DNA of 32,000 nucleotides. It comes from Candidatus Saccharimonadota bacterium. GTDB taxonomy: Bacteria > Pseudomonadota > Gammaproteobacteria > Enterobacterales > Enterobacteriaceae. Under the pieces are notes generated by a model that was not told the origin of the DNA, made no database searches, and saw only the letters and a list, made by a program, of their open reading frames with translations. Position numbers and translations under genes: made by a program. The stretch spans positions 300,001-332,000 of the forward strand of contig CP145874.1 in NCBI GenBank assembly GCA_041942055.1. Reading direction: 5' to 3'. Positions 10,206 through 18,888 of the stretch are shown here, in pieces (within the stretch, counting starts at the first letter, position 1; every line of letters begins with the position of its first letter).

Positions 10206-10984
10206 TAAATTAATGGTATGTGAAATAAACGACTAAAATTATTAGTAGTAATTTCAGCCAATTCTTCTACAGAAATATTTTTTATTGTGGCAATAACCTT
10301 TGCTATTTCATATAATAATGCGGGATGATTGGTTTTTCCACGATATGGAACGGGAGCTAAATAAGGTGAATCAGTTTCTATAAGTATCTTATCTAATGGA
10401 ATATAACGTACTATTTCATGTAGATGTGTAACATTTTTAAAGGTTACAATACCAGAAAATGATATATAAAATCCTATATCTAGCAATTTTTTAGCCATAA
10501 TTATATCTTCAGTAAAACAATGTAGCACTCCTCCACATCTTTCCGCATGTTCTTCATATAATATATTTAACGTGTCTTGGTTTGCACAGCGGCTATGAAC
10601 AATTAAAGGTTTATTTAGATTAGAAGCCATTTTGATATGTTCTCTAAAAAACCTTTGTTGTTTTTCTGGGTTAAATGACTGATAATGGTAATCTAACCCG
10701 GTTTCACCTAAGGCAATTACTTTATTATTAGTTTTAACTATAGAGCATAACTCTTGACAAAAAATATCAATATCATATTCATTAATATATAACGGATGTA
10801 ATCCACAAGAATAAGCTACTTGAGGTTTGTTTCCTATTATTTTTACCATATCTATATATTCCGATATAGTAGTTGCAACAGTTAACATAAATTTCACATT
10901 CTTTTCAGCTGCTTTTTTTAGGACATCATCTATATTTAGATAATTTAATTGATTAAGATGGCAATGAGAATCTACTAAGAACAT
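10205..10984 (-). CDS. ycfH: TatD-family metal-dependent deoxyribonuclease/hydrolase
   Basis: The 259-aa ORF begins MFLVDSHCHL and carries ALGETGLDY, GGVLHCFTED, GFYISFSGIVTF and ETDSPYLAPVP, matching E. coli YcfH. It lies downstream of holB as in E. coli. Its stop overlaps the hinT ATG by 1 nt (TAATG). Confidence 0.9.
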   Translation of the reverse strand: MFLVDSHCHLNQLNYLNIDDVLKKAAEKNVKFMLTVATTISEYIDMVKIIGNKPQVAYSCGLHPLYINEYDIDIFCQELCSIVKTNNKVIALGETGLDYHYQSFNPEKQQRFFREHIKMASNLNKPLIVHSRCANQDTLNILYEEHAERCGGVLHCFTEDIIMAKKLLDIGFYISFSGIVTFKNVTHLHEIVRYIPLDKILIETDSPYLAPVPYRGKTNHPALLYEIAKVIATIKNISVEELAEITTNNFSRLFHIPLI

Positions 10985-11005
10985 AATTAATGTTATCCTT
11001 ATTCA

Positions 11006-12034
11006 TTATCTATTTAGATTTTGTTTCATTAATTGATTCCATATAATTAATGGTTTTATTAATAATAATTCTCGAGAAATTGATGTAATATGTAAGATAC
11101 GATCTCGACAAATACACCATTGTCTAAAAATTATCAATAATGTCTCATTTGAAATATTATCAGATAATTTTTTTACTAGTTCATAATGATCTATATTAAT
11201 TAGATGTTTTTTATCACTATGTTTAAATTTTAAAGCATCTACTAATAAAGTACATAACCACTCAATTTGTTTAGCAATATTTTCATTATTAATTAATGGT
11301 AATAGTTTAATTATTTCTAATTTAAATAAATTTTTCATGATTTCATCATATATTTTATTTCTATTTTGCAGATCTGGCGATCTTAATAATTTTAAAGCTG
11401 CAAGAGGAGCTCCATAACTCAATCTTAAGGCTGCAATTAATGTAATTTGTGAAAATTTATTAATACCATTATTAGTTTTTAACCACTTTAATCCCTCAGT
11501 TTCAGTGGGAGAAATAATATGCCATGTTTGACAACGACTACGTAATATTATTGGAATATTAGTTCTTTCCAAACTATATAAAAAAAACCATGTGTTCATT
11601 GGTGGATCTTCTACTATTTTTAATAGTGCATTTACCGCTGATTCTGTTAGTTTTTCTGGTTGTAATATCCAAAGTATTTTGGCTGTTCCTAATTTTGGTT
11701 TCTGATATAGATCATCAGAAATCTCTCTAATATCTTCAATTCCTAAACTACTTTTATTTTTTTTAATGATGTCAAGAACATACAAATCTGGATGATTCAT
11801 AGAGTTCATAAGTTGACAACTATGACACTTTCCACAACATTGAAAATTCGTAGTAGTAAATGAGCACATTAATAAGCAACTTATTTTCCATAATAATACT
11901 TCTATGCCTAATCCATATGGTGCATATAATAAAAGCGTATGATGTCCGCGTCTCATGTGATATTGTTTAATGATCTGTTGATAAGGGTAGTTAAGCCACG
12001 GATACCAGTATTTGTTTAGTTGGTTGTCCACCAT
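11006..12034 (-). CDS. holB: DNA polymerase III delta-prime subunit
   Basis: The 342-aa ORF has WYPWL at the N-terminus, a zinc-module-like CGKCHSCQLM, ALLK.(L/V)E(E/D)PP and SRC. It follows tmk as in E. coli. The only plausible ATG gives a 19-nt overlap with the tmk 3' end. Confidence 0.85.
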   Translation of the reverse strand: MVDNQLNKYWYPWLNYPYQQIIKQYHMRRGHHTLLLYAPYGLGIEVLLWKISCLLMCSFTTTNFQCCGKCHSCQLMNSMNHPDLYVLDIIKKNKSSLGIEDIREISDDLYQKPKLGTAKILWILQPEKLTESAVNALLKIVEDPPMNTWFFLYSLERTNIPIILRSRCQTWHIISPTETEGLKWLKTNNGINKFSQITLIAALRLSYGAPLAALKLLRSPDLQNRNKIYDEIMKNLFKLEIIKLLPLINNENIAKQIEWLCTLLVDALKFKHSDKKHLINIDHYELVKKLSDNISNETLLIIFRQWCICRDRILHITSISRELLLIKPLIIWNQLMKQNLNR

Positions 12035-12648
12035 TGTTCCAATATTATAGATAAGGATAATTTCACTAAACTTAGCGGTTGTGTAGCATCAATAATTTTA
12101 ATACTATTATCTTTTTTGGCTCGTCTAAGATAGCATCTTCTAACCTGATAAAAAAATGATAAGGATTCTTGTTCAATGCGATCTAATCGTCCTCTTTTTT
12201 GAGCTCTTTTTAATCCTAATTCCGGTGTTACATCAAGATATAATGTTAGATCAGGTAGAGTATTTTCCACTACTATTTTTCGCAAAATAGTTAATACTTG
12301 ACTGTTAATTTTTCTACCATATCCTTGATAAGCTTCTGTTGATAAATCATAACGATCACTAATTACCCATGCTCCTTGTGCTAAAGCTGGTTTTATTTTC
12401 ATTTCAATTAGTTGAGTACGAGCCGCATATAACATTAATAGTTCAGCTTTATCAGTAATTTTTTCTCCTTTAACTCCATTTTTAATTAACAAACGTAATT
12501 TTTCAGCTAATGGAGTTCCTCCAGGATCATGAGTCATTATGATATCATTAATAGATTTTTTTTTTAAAAAATCTCTTACCATATTACAAATTGTTGTTTT
12601 TCCTGCACCTTCTATACCTTCAATAACAAGGAAACTATTTTTCTTCAT
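12016..12648 (-). CDS. tmk: thymidylate kinase
   Basis: The 210-aa ORF has the P-loop IEGIEGAGKTT, a DRY motif (SDRYDLST.AYQG) and a lid region. Confidence 0.93.
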   Translation of the reverse strand: MKKNSFLVIEGIEGAGKTTICNMVRDFLKKKSINDIIMTHDPGGTPLAEKLRLLIKNGVKGEKITDKAELLMLYAARTQLIEMKIKPALAQGAWVISDRYDLSTEAYQGYGRKINSQVLTILRKIVVENTLPDLTLYLDVTPELGLKRAQKRGRLDRIEQESLSFFYQVRRCYLRRAKKDNSIKIIDATQPLSLVKLSLSIILEQWWTTN

Positions 12649-12702
12649 TAGTCAAGTAGCTTTTAGTAAAAAACATTTCCATAGAATCACTCCAATTTCA
12701 TT

Positions 12703-12939
12703 CTAATGATTTGCTATATAATCAATAGCCGCTTGAACAGTAGTGATTTTTTCAGCATCTTCATCTGGAATGTCTTTATTAAATTCTTCTTCTAAAGCCA
12801 TAAGTAATTCAACCGTATCAAGAGAATCCGCACCTAAATCTTCCACAAAAGAAGCGGTATTTATTACTTCCTCCTGATTTATTTCTAGCTGATCACAAAT
12901 AATTTGCTTAACTCGTTCTTCTAGAGTACTTATACTCAT
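12703..12939 (-). CDS. acpP: acyl carrier protein
   Basis: The 78-aa ORF carries [17 protein letters not shown](L/V)MALEEEF and [11 protein letters not shown], nearly identical to E. coli AcpP. Confidence 0.97.
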   Translation of the reverse strand: MSISTLEERVKQIICDQLEINQEEVINTASFVEDLGADSLDTVELLMALEEEFNKDIPDEDAEKITTVQAAIDYIANH

Positions 12940-13018
12940 ACGTTTAAATTTCCTACTCTCAAAATAATTCTATTATTAGTAAATATTATGTAATTTTAGC
13001 ATATTAATATCTGCAAGA

Positions 13019-13756
13019 TTAGAACATATACATTCCACCATTAATATGTAAAGTTTCACCAGTAATATATGCCGCTTCATCTGAAGCTAAAAAAACTACT
13101 GCATTTGCAATCTCCTGAGGAGTACCAAAACGACCCATAGGAATTTTATTTAATATTTCTGCACGTGTTTCTGTGTTGTTGAATACCTTCGTAGTCATAT
13201 CAGTTTCAATAAAACCCGGCGCTATAACATTAACTGTAATTCCACGTGATGCAACTTCAAGTGCGAGAGATTTACTAAAGCCAATAATACCTGATTTTGT
13301 AGCTGCATAATTCGTTTGTCCTTTATTACCACTACTTCCTATCATTGAACCTATATTAATAATCCTACCCGCATGTTTTTTAATCATAGTTTTTATTACT
13401 GCTTTAGATAAATAAAATATAGAAGATAGATTTACATCTATAACTTGTTGCCATTCACTAGGTTTCATTTTAATAAGAATATTATCTTGTGTAATACCTA
13501 TATTATTAATTAAAATATCTATTTCTCCTAGTTCGGAGCAAATACTTTTTAAAACCGTCTGAATACTAGTTAGATTGGTAATATCTAAAATAAATCCTTT
13601 ACCACCATTTTTTATTAAAAAAGTATTAATTATATCAACCCCATATATATCAGTAGCAGTACCAGCGACTATCATTCCACGGATAGCTAAAGTTTCTGCT
13701 ATGGCACGTCCAATACCTCTATTAGCACCCGTAACTAATGCGACTTTTTCTTTCAT
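13019..13756 (-). CDS. fabG: 3-oxoacyl-ACP reductase
   Basis: The 245-aa SDR has TGANRGIGRAIA, NYAA(T/A)K and LHINGGMYM, in the fabD-fabG-acpP context. Confidence 0.95.
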   Translation of the reverse strand: MKEKVALVTGANRGIGRAIAETLAIRGMIVAGTATDIYGVDIINTFLIKNGGKGFILDITNLTSIQTVLKSICSELGEIDILINNIGITQDNILIKMKPSEWQQVIDVNLSSIFYLSKAVIKTMIKKHAGRIINIGSMIGSSGNKGQTNYAATKSGIIGFSKSLALEVASRGITVNVIAPGFIETDMTTKVFNNTETRAEILNKIPMGRFGTPQEIANAVVFLASDEAAYITGETLHINGGMYMF

Positions 13757-14700
13757 CAGATTGTTGATTTTAATTTTTTAATTGCTAATAATAAATTATT
13801 ATAGTTTTCAATACTTATAATTGTCAAAGCTGACGTAATACGTTTAGTTAACTCCCTTAATATCTTTCCTGGTCCAACTTCAATTGCAAGAGTTAAAGAT
13901 TGTTTGTTGATATATTCTACGCATTCAATCCATTGAACTGGATTATATAATTGACGCACTAAAGCACTACGGATTTTTTTCGGTAATTGTTCACATTTAA
14001 CATCTACATTATTTAAAATAGGTATTTTTGGCCTCTTGAAAGGTATGGTTTGTAAGGTTTTTGCAAATTCACTTATCATTGGCTTGAGTAAATCACAGTG
14101 TGAACAAATATTATTAACAGGGAATGGTATTATTTTAGCTCCTGCAGCTTTACAAAACCAACCTACACGTCTTACTGCATTTTTATGTCCCGATATAACA
14201 ATTTGTTTTGGTGAATTAAAAATTGCTGGCGCAACTATTTGATCTAAAGCTTGAACTTTACAAATGTCAATAATAGTTTGTTTATTCAATCCTAAAATGA
14301 TTAACATTGCTCCTTTCTCTTTTAAGGCTATTTCCTCCATCATTTTTCCACGTAATTTGATTAAAGAAAGTGCTTCACTGAATTTGATTGTTTCACTGCA
14401 TACTAGTGCTGAATATTCTCCTAAACTATGACCTACTAGTATTGTAGGTGAAGGTCCTTCTAATTGTTTCCATAATCTAAAAATTGCTACAGAACTTGTT
14501 AATAAAAGTGGTTGGATTTGGCTGGATTGATTTACTTCTTTTAGAGACTCTTTGAGTATTAATTTCCATAGATCATATTTTAAAATTTCTGAAGCTTCAT
14601 AGAAAGTTTGCGTAATGATAGGAAAATTTTTTGCTATGTTAATCAACATACCAAGAGAGTATGATCCATGTCCGGGAAACATCATTGCAAATTGCATCAT
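13756..14700 (-). CDS. fabD: malonyl-CoA:ACP transacylase
   Basis: The 314-aa ORF begins QFA(F/M).FPG.GS and has the active-site GHSLGEYSALV. Its stop overlaps the fabG ATG by 1 nt (TGATG). The second ATG at 14697 is an alternative start. Confidence 0.93.
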   Translation of the reverse strand: MMQFAMMFPGHGSYSLGMLINIAKNFPIITQTFYEASEILKYDLWKLILKESLKEVNQSSQIQPLLLTSSVAIFRLWKQLEGPSPTILVGHSLGEYSALVCSETIKFSEALSLIKLRGKMMEEIALKEKGAMLIILGLNKQTIIDICKVQALDQIVAPAIFNSPKQIVISGHKNAVRRVGWFCKAAGAKIIPFPVNNICSHCDLLKPMISEFAKTLQTIPFKRPKIPILNNVDVKCEQLPKKIRSALVRQLYNPVQWIECVEYINKQSLTLAIEVGPGKILRELTKRITSALTIISIENYNNLLLAIKKLKSTI

Positions 14701-14706
14701 ATATAT

Positions 14707-15651
14707 TCAAAAAATAATTAATGCAGATCCCCAGGTTAATCCTGCTCCAAAAGCTTCTAACAAAATCAATTGTTTGGATTGAATACGTCCATCCCTTACT
14801 GCTTCATCAAGCGTAGTTGGGATAGAAGCAGAAGAAGTATTTCCATATCGATCAAGGGTAATAATAATTTTATCTTTATTTAATCCTAATTTTTTCACGG
14901 TTGCATTAATAATTCGTAAATTAGCTTGATGCAGTATTATCCAATCTAAAGTATGAAGGTTAATTTTATTAATATTTAAAGTTTCATTAATTAGATCGGT
15001 TAATTTATTAATAGCAATTTTGAATAATTGCTTGCCTTTCATAGTTAAATAACCTGATGAACTTTTAATATTTAGTTTTAGTAAATCTTTATAACGTCCA
15101 TCTGCATGTAAATGTGTAGATAAAATCCCTGCAGTTTTACTAAATCCTAAAACTATTGCACCTGCAGCATCACCAAACAAAATCCTTGTTTTGTAATCAT
15201 TAGGATCTAATGTTTTGGTAAGTATATCAGAACCAATAACTAGAGCATATTTAACACTTCCATTTTTAATATATTGATCGGCTATACTAAGAGCATAGAT
15301 AAAACCTGAACAAGCAGCAGCTACGTCAAAAGCAGCAATACAGTCATTATTAATGCCAAGCATCTTCTGAACCATACAAGCTGAACTTGGAAATACATAC
15401 TTAGAAGTAGTTGTGGCAACAATAATTAATCCTATAGCATTTTTATCAATTCCTGCACTAAAAATGGCTTTTTGCGCTGCACTAAACGCCATTGAGGCTA
15501 CAGAATCTTTTTTCCCAGCTATATGACGTTTGCTAATTCCTGTTCTTGAAATAATCCATTCGTTATTAGTATGAAGTATTTCCTCTAAATCTGCATTTGT
15601 TACTATTTTTTCTGGTAGATAACTACCCGTCCCAATTATTGTGGTATACAT
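14707..15651 (-). CDS. fabH: 3-oxoacyl-ACP synthase III
   Basis: The 314-aa ORF has GTGSYLPE, the active-site AACSGF, HQAN.RI and GNTS(A/S)AS(I/V)P, in the fab operon context. Confidence 0.95.
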   Translation of the reverse strand: MYTTIIGTGSYLPEKIVTNADLEEILHTNNEWIISRTGISKRHIAGKKDSVASMAFSAAQKAIFSAGIDKNAIGLIIVATTTSKYVFPSSACMVQKMLGINNDCIAAFDVAAACSGFIYALSIADQYIKNGSVKYALVIGSDILTKTLDPNDYKTRILFGDAAGAIVLGFSKTAGILSTHLHADGRYKDLLKLNIKSSSGYLTMKGKQLFKIAINKLTDLINETLNINKINLHTLDWIILHQANLRIINATVKKLGLNKDKIIITLDRYGNTSSASIPTTLDEAVRDGRIQSKQLILLEAFGAGLTWGSALIIF

Positions 15652-15660
15652 TAGTTGAAA

Positions 15661-15837
15661 TTATCCTGAATTAATAATTTTATGACCTCTATAGTAACCA
15701 TCAGATGTAACATGATGACGTAAATGAATCTTACCAGTCTTCTTATCTTTAGATAATTGAATTTTTATAGTAATTTTATCATGAGAACGTCGCATACCTC
15801 GTTTTGAACGAGAAGATTTATTTTGTTGTACCGCCAT
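15661..15837 (-). CDS. rpmF: 50S ribosomal protein L32
   Basis: This gene is absent from the ORF track because it is under 60 aa. The reverse complement of 15661..15837 translates to [58 protein letters not shown]. It has the typical L32 N-terminus ([18 protein letters not shown]) and sits upstream of fabH as in E. coli. Confidence 0.9.
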   Translation of the reverse strand: MAVQQNKSSRSKRGMRRSHDKITIKIQLSKDKKTGKIHLRHHVTSDGYYRGHKIINSG

Positions 15838-15914
15838 AATTTTGATGTCCTAAAAAAAATATCATTAAATATAAAATATCAGAAAAATAGAGAAATTAAA
15901 AATCCTCTGTAAAC

Positions 15915-16886
15915 TTAATTTAAACAACGTAGTTGTGATAAAGATTTTGTTAATTCTTGGCTTAATGGAGCTGTAAGACATATGGTTTTTTTGAAAATAG
16001 GATGAATAAAAATCATTGATGAAGCATGCAAAAATAGACGATTTAAACCAGTTTGAGCTATTTGGTGATTAAAATTAGAATCGCCATAAAGTTTATCCAA
16101 AGCAATAGGATGTCCTGCATATTGTGCATGGACACGTATTTGATGTGTGCGACCAGTTATAGGATTTACTTTAAGTAAAGTAGCTTGATTGTTATAGAAA
16201 TATTCCTTTATAGTGAAAATAGTTTTAGAAATTTTACCTTCTATGTTAACACGCACTATGTGTGCTCCACTATGAATAATATTTTTTTTAAGTGGAACCT
16301 GTATAATTTTTCGTTTAGATGGCCATCTTCCACATACGAGAGCACAATAATATTTTTTTACCTGATTACTACGAAATTGTTCATGTAATAAGCGCAATAC
16401 AGATTTTTTTTTTGCAAAAAGTAATATTCCAGACGTTTCACGATCTAGGCGATGCACCAGTTCTAAAAAAGATAGATTGGGCAATAAAGTTCTTAATATA
16501 TCAATTATACTAAATTTTAAGCCACTTCCTCCATGAACTGCTATACCAGAAGGTTTATTAATAGCTAAAATATAATCATCATTATACAAAATAGCATTAA
16601 TTAACAAATTAATTTGTTGTTTACTAATTGAAAATCGAATATTTGGTTGATCTGGATACATCAGTTTAGGAACATATACTTCATCTTTTAAAGCCAACTT
16701 ATAAGTATGATTAACACGTTTTTTATTTACTCGGATTTTGCGGTTCCGTAATAATTTATAAATTAAAGTTTTGGGTATACTTTTCAATTGACTATGTAAA
16801 AAATTGTCGATACGTCTGCCACTTTCATTTTCATCCACTGTAATAACACAAGAATTAAAGTTAGTTGATGTTATATTAGTTTTCAT
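15915..16886 (-). CDS. rluC: 23S rRNA pseudouridine (955/2504/2580) synthase
   Basis: The 323-aa ORF has an S4-like N-terminus, the RluA-family catalytic HRLDR(E/D)TSG, and TGRTHQIRVH..Y.GHPIA. It is divergent from rne as in E. coli. Confidence 0.9.
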   Translation of the reverse strand: MKTNITSTNFNSCVITVDENESGRRIDNFLHSQLKSIPKTLIYKLLRNRKIRVNKKRVNHTYKLALKDEVYVPKLMYPDQPNIRFSISKQQINLLINAILYNDDYILAINKPSGIAVHGGSGLKFSIIDILRTLLPNLSFLELVHRLDRETSGILLFAKKKSVLRLLHEQFRSNQVKKYYCALVCGRWPSKRKIIQVPLKKNIIHSGAHIVRVNIEGKISKTIFTIKEYFYNNQATLLKVNPITGRTHQIRVHAQYAGHPIALDKLYGDSNFNHQIAQTGLNRLFLHASSMIFIHPIFKKTICLTAPLSQELTKSLSQLRCLN

Positions 16887-17080
16887 AAGTATGAATTATA
16901 AAAATAATAATAGTATAATATTATTTGGTTTGATCAGTCATCTATTTGTTCAATTATTCACAAATATTCATTAATCAAATCCTTAACAACCCCAAAAAAT
17001 AGTCATTTAAAATAAAATTTATGTGTGAATCGAAATAATTTACACGTCTTATTTAGACGATTAAACATGAGTAAATAAAA

Positions 17081-18859
17081 ATGAAAAGAATGTTAATAAA
17101 TGCAACTCAAGAAGAAGAACTGCGGATTGCAATTGTTGATGGTCAACGATTATACGATCTAGATATTGAAAATTTAGGAAATGAACATAAAAAAGCTAAT
17201 ATTTATAAAGGAAAAATTATTCATATAGAACCTAGTTTACAAGCTGCTTTTATTGATTATGGTATGGAAAAACATGGTTTTTTGCCTTTAAAAGAAGTTT
17301 CTAAAGAATATTTTCCTGAAAATAATTTATCATCATTACAACAAAAACGTTTAAATATAAAAGATATTCTATGTGAGGGACAAGAAATTATTGTACAAAT
17401 TAATAAAGAAGAACGTGGTAACAAAGGAGCTGCATTAACAACTTTAATAAGTTTAGCCGGCAGTTTTTTAGTGTTAATGCCTAATAATCCGAAAGCAGGG
17501 GGTATTTCGCGTCGCATTGAAGGACAACAACGTCTTGAAATGAAAGAAATAATATCTTCTCTTATCTTACCTAATGGTATGGGAGTTATAATACGAACAG
17601 CCGGAATTGGAAAATCTCTTGAAATATTACAAGCGGATTTAAGTTTAAAATTAAAACATTGGCAAGAAATTAAAAATTTAGCATCTACTAAAAGCGCACC
17701 ATTTCTTCTTTATCAAGATAGCAATGTAATCCTACGAGTATTTCGTGATTATTTACGTCAAGATATTGATGAGATATTAATTGATAATCCTAAAATGCTT
17801 GAATTAGCAAAAAATCAAATTACTGCATTAGGAAGATGGGATTTTACTAAACAAATTAAGTTATATTCTGGAGAAATACCACTTTTTAGTTATTATCAAA
17901 TAGAATCACAGATTGAATCCGCCTTTCAGAGAGAAGTAAATCTTCCTTCAGGAGGTTCTATTATAATTGAGACTACTGAAGCTTTAACGGCCATTGATAT
18001 TAACTCAGCTAAATCGACTAGTTGTAACGATCTTGAAGAAACTGCATTTCATACCAATTTAGAAGCAGCTGATGAAATTGCTCGTCAATTACGTTTACGT
18101 GACTTAGGAGGATTAATAGTTATTGATTTTATTGATATGATAACTAGTTATCATCAACGTGCAGTACAATATCGTTTACGTGATGCAATTAGTCAAGATC
18201 GTGCACGTATTAAAATAGGTAATATTTCGCGCTTAGGATTACTAGAAATGTCACGTCAAAGATTAAGTCCTTCTCTTAGAGAATCTACTCATCATATGTG
18301 TCCTAGATGTAGAGGAGCAGGTATCGTACGCGATAATCAATCTCTTTCCCTTTCTATTTTACGTATTCTTGAAGAGCAAGCTATAAAAGATAATACTAAA
18401 GAAGTACATGCTATTGTACCGGTAGCAATTGCTTCTTACCTTTTAAATGAAAAACGTGGTATAGTAAATGCTATAGAACAACAATCACCAAGAAAAGTTC
18501 GTATTATTATTGTACCGAATGAAAACATGAAAACACCAAACTATTCTATTTTAAGAATTAGAACTGGTGAAGAAATGGTAACTGTCAAAAGTTATTTTGT
18601 ACCAAAATTACATCAATTAAATAGTCTAAGTGCAACACAATCTATCATTTCTTATAAGTGCATAAAAAATATAAATAAACAATCGGTTTTAAATTATTTT
18701 AAAATTAAGTCAAAAAATTTTTTAAAGTTTTTAGTCAATTTGACTCATAAATTAGGGATTTTGAGCGTTTTCAAAAAAATGTTAAAAACTTTTTTTTTAC
18801 TCGGAATAATTCAGGTTGTGAAAAATATCAGTAGTTCTATGTCTATGGAAAAATTTTGA
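17081..18859 (+). CDS. rne: ribonuclease E, catalytic N-terminal half only (592 aa against about 1061 aa in E. coli)
   Basis: The ORF begins MKRMLINATQ.EELR(I/V)A.VDGQRLYDLDIE and carries NIYKGKI..IEPSL.AAF(I/V)DYG, ERGNKGAALTT, TEALTAIDINSA and the Zn-link CPRC. It is collinear with E. coli RNase E residues 1 to about 530, then ends about 60 residues later. Confidence 0.93.
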   Translation: MKRMLINATQEEELRIAIVDGQRLYDLDIENLGNEHKKANIYKGKIIHIEPSLQAAFIDYGMEKHGFLPLKEVSKEYFPENNLSSLQQKRLNIKDILCEGQEIIVQINKEERGNKGAALTTLISLAGSFLVLMPNNPKAGGISRRIEGQQRLEMKEIISSLILPNGMGVIIRTAGIGKSLEILQADLSLKLKHWQEIKNLASTKSAPFLLYQDSNVILRVFRDYLRQDIDEILIDNPKMLELAKNQITALGRWDFTKQIKLYSGEIPLFSYYQIESQIESAFQREVNLPSGGSIIIETTEALTAIDINSAKSTSCNDLEETAFHTNLEAADEIARQLRLRDLGGLIVIDFIDMITSYHQRAVQYRLRDAISQDRARIKIGNISRLGLLEMSRQRLSPSLRESTHHMCPRCRGAGIVRDNQSLSLSILRILEEQAIKDNTKEVHAIVPVAIASYLLNEKRGIVNAIEQQSPRKVRIIIVPNENMKTPNYSILRIRTGEEMVTVKSYFVPKLHQLNSLSATQSIISYKCIKNINKQSVLNYFKIKSKNFLKFLVNLTHKLGILSVFKKMLKTFFLLGIIQVVKNISSSMSMEKF

Positions 18860-18888
18860 ATAATAATCAAAGTAAATATCTCTCGTAG

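Noticed and set aside
10023-10208. A 61-aa plus-strand ORF inside hinT.
   Set aside because: It is antisense to hinT and has an Asn/Ile-rich composition typical of AT-rich noise.
13575-14242. Two 68-aa plus-strand ORFs (13575..13781 and 14036..14242) inside fabG and fabD.
   Set aside because: Both are antisense to strongly conserved fab genes and have no motifs.
16185-16513. Two plus-strand ORFs (16185..16388 and 16319..16513) inside rluC.
   Set aside because: Both are antisense shadows of rluC. They overlap each other in different frames.
17257-17517. An 86-aa minus-strand ORF inside rne.
   Set aside because: It is antisense to the most conserved S1/5'-sensor region of RNase E.
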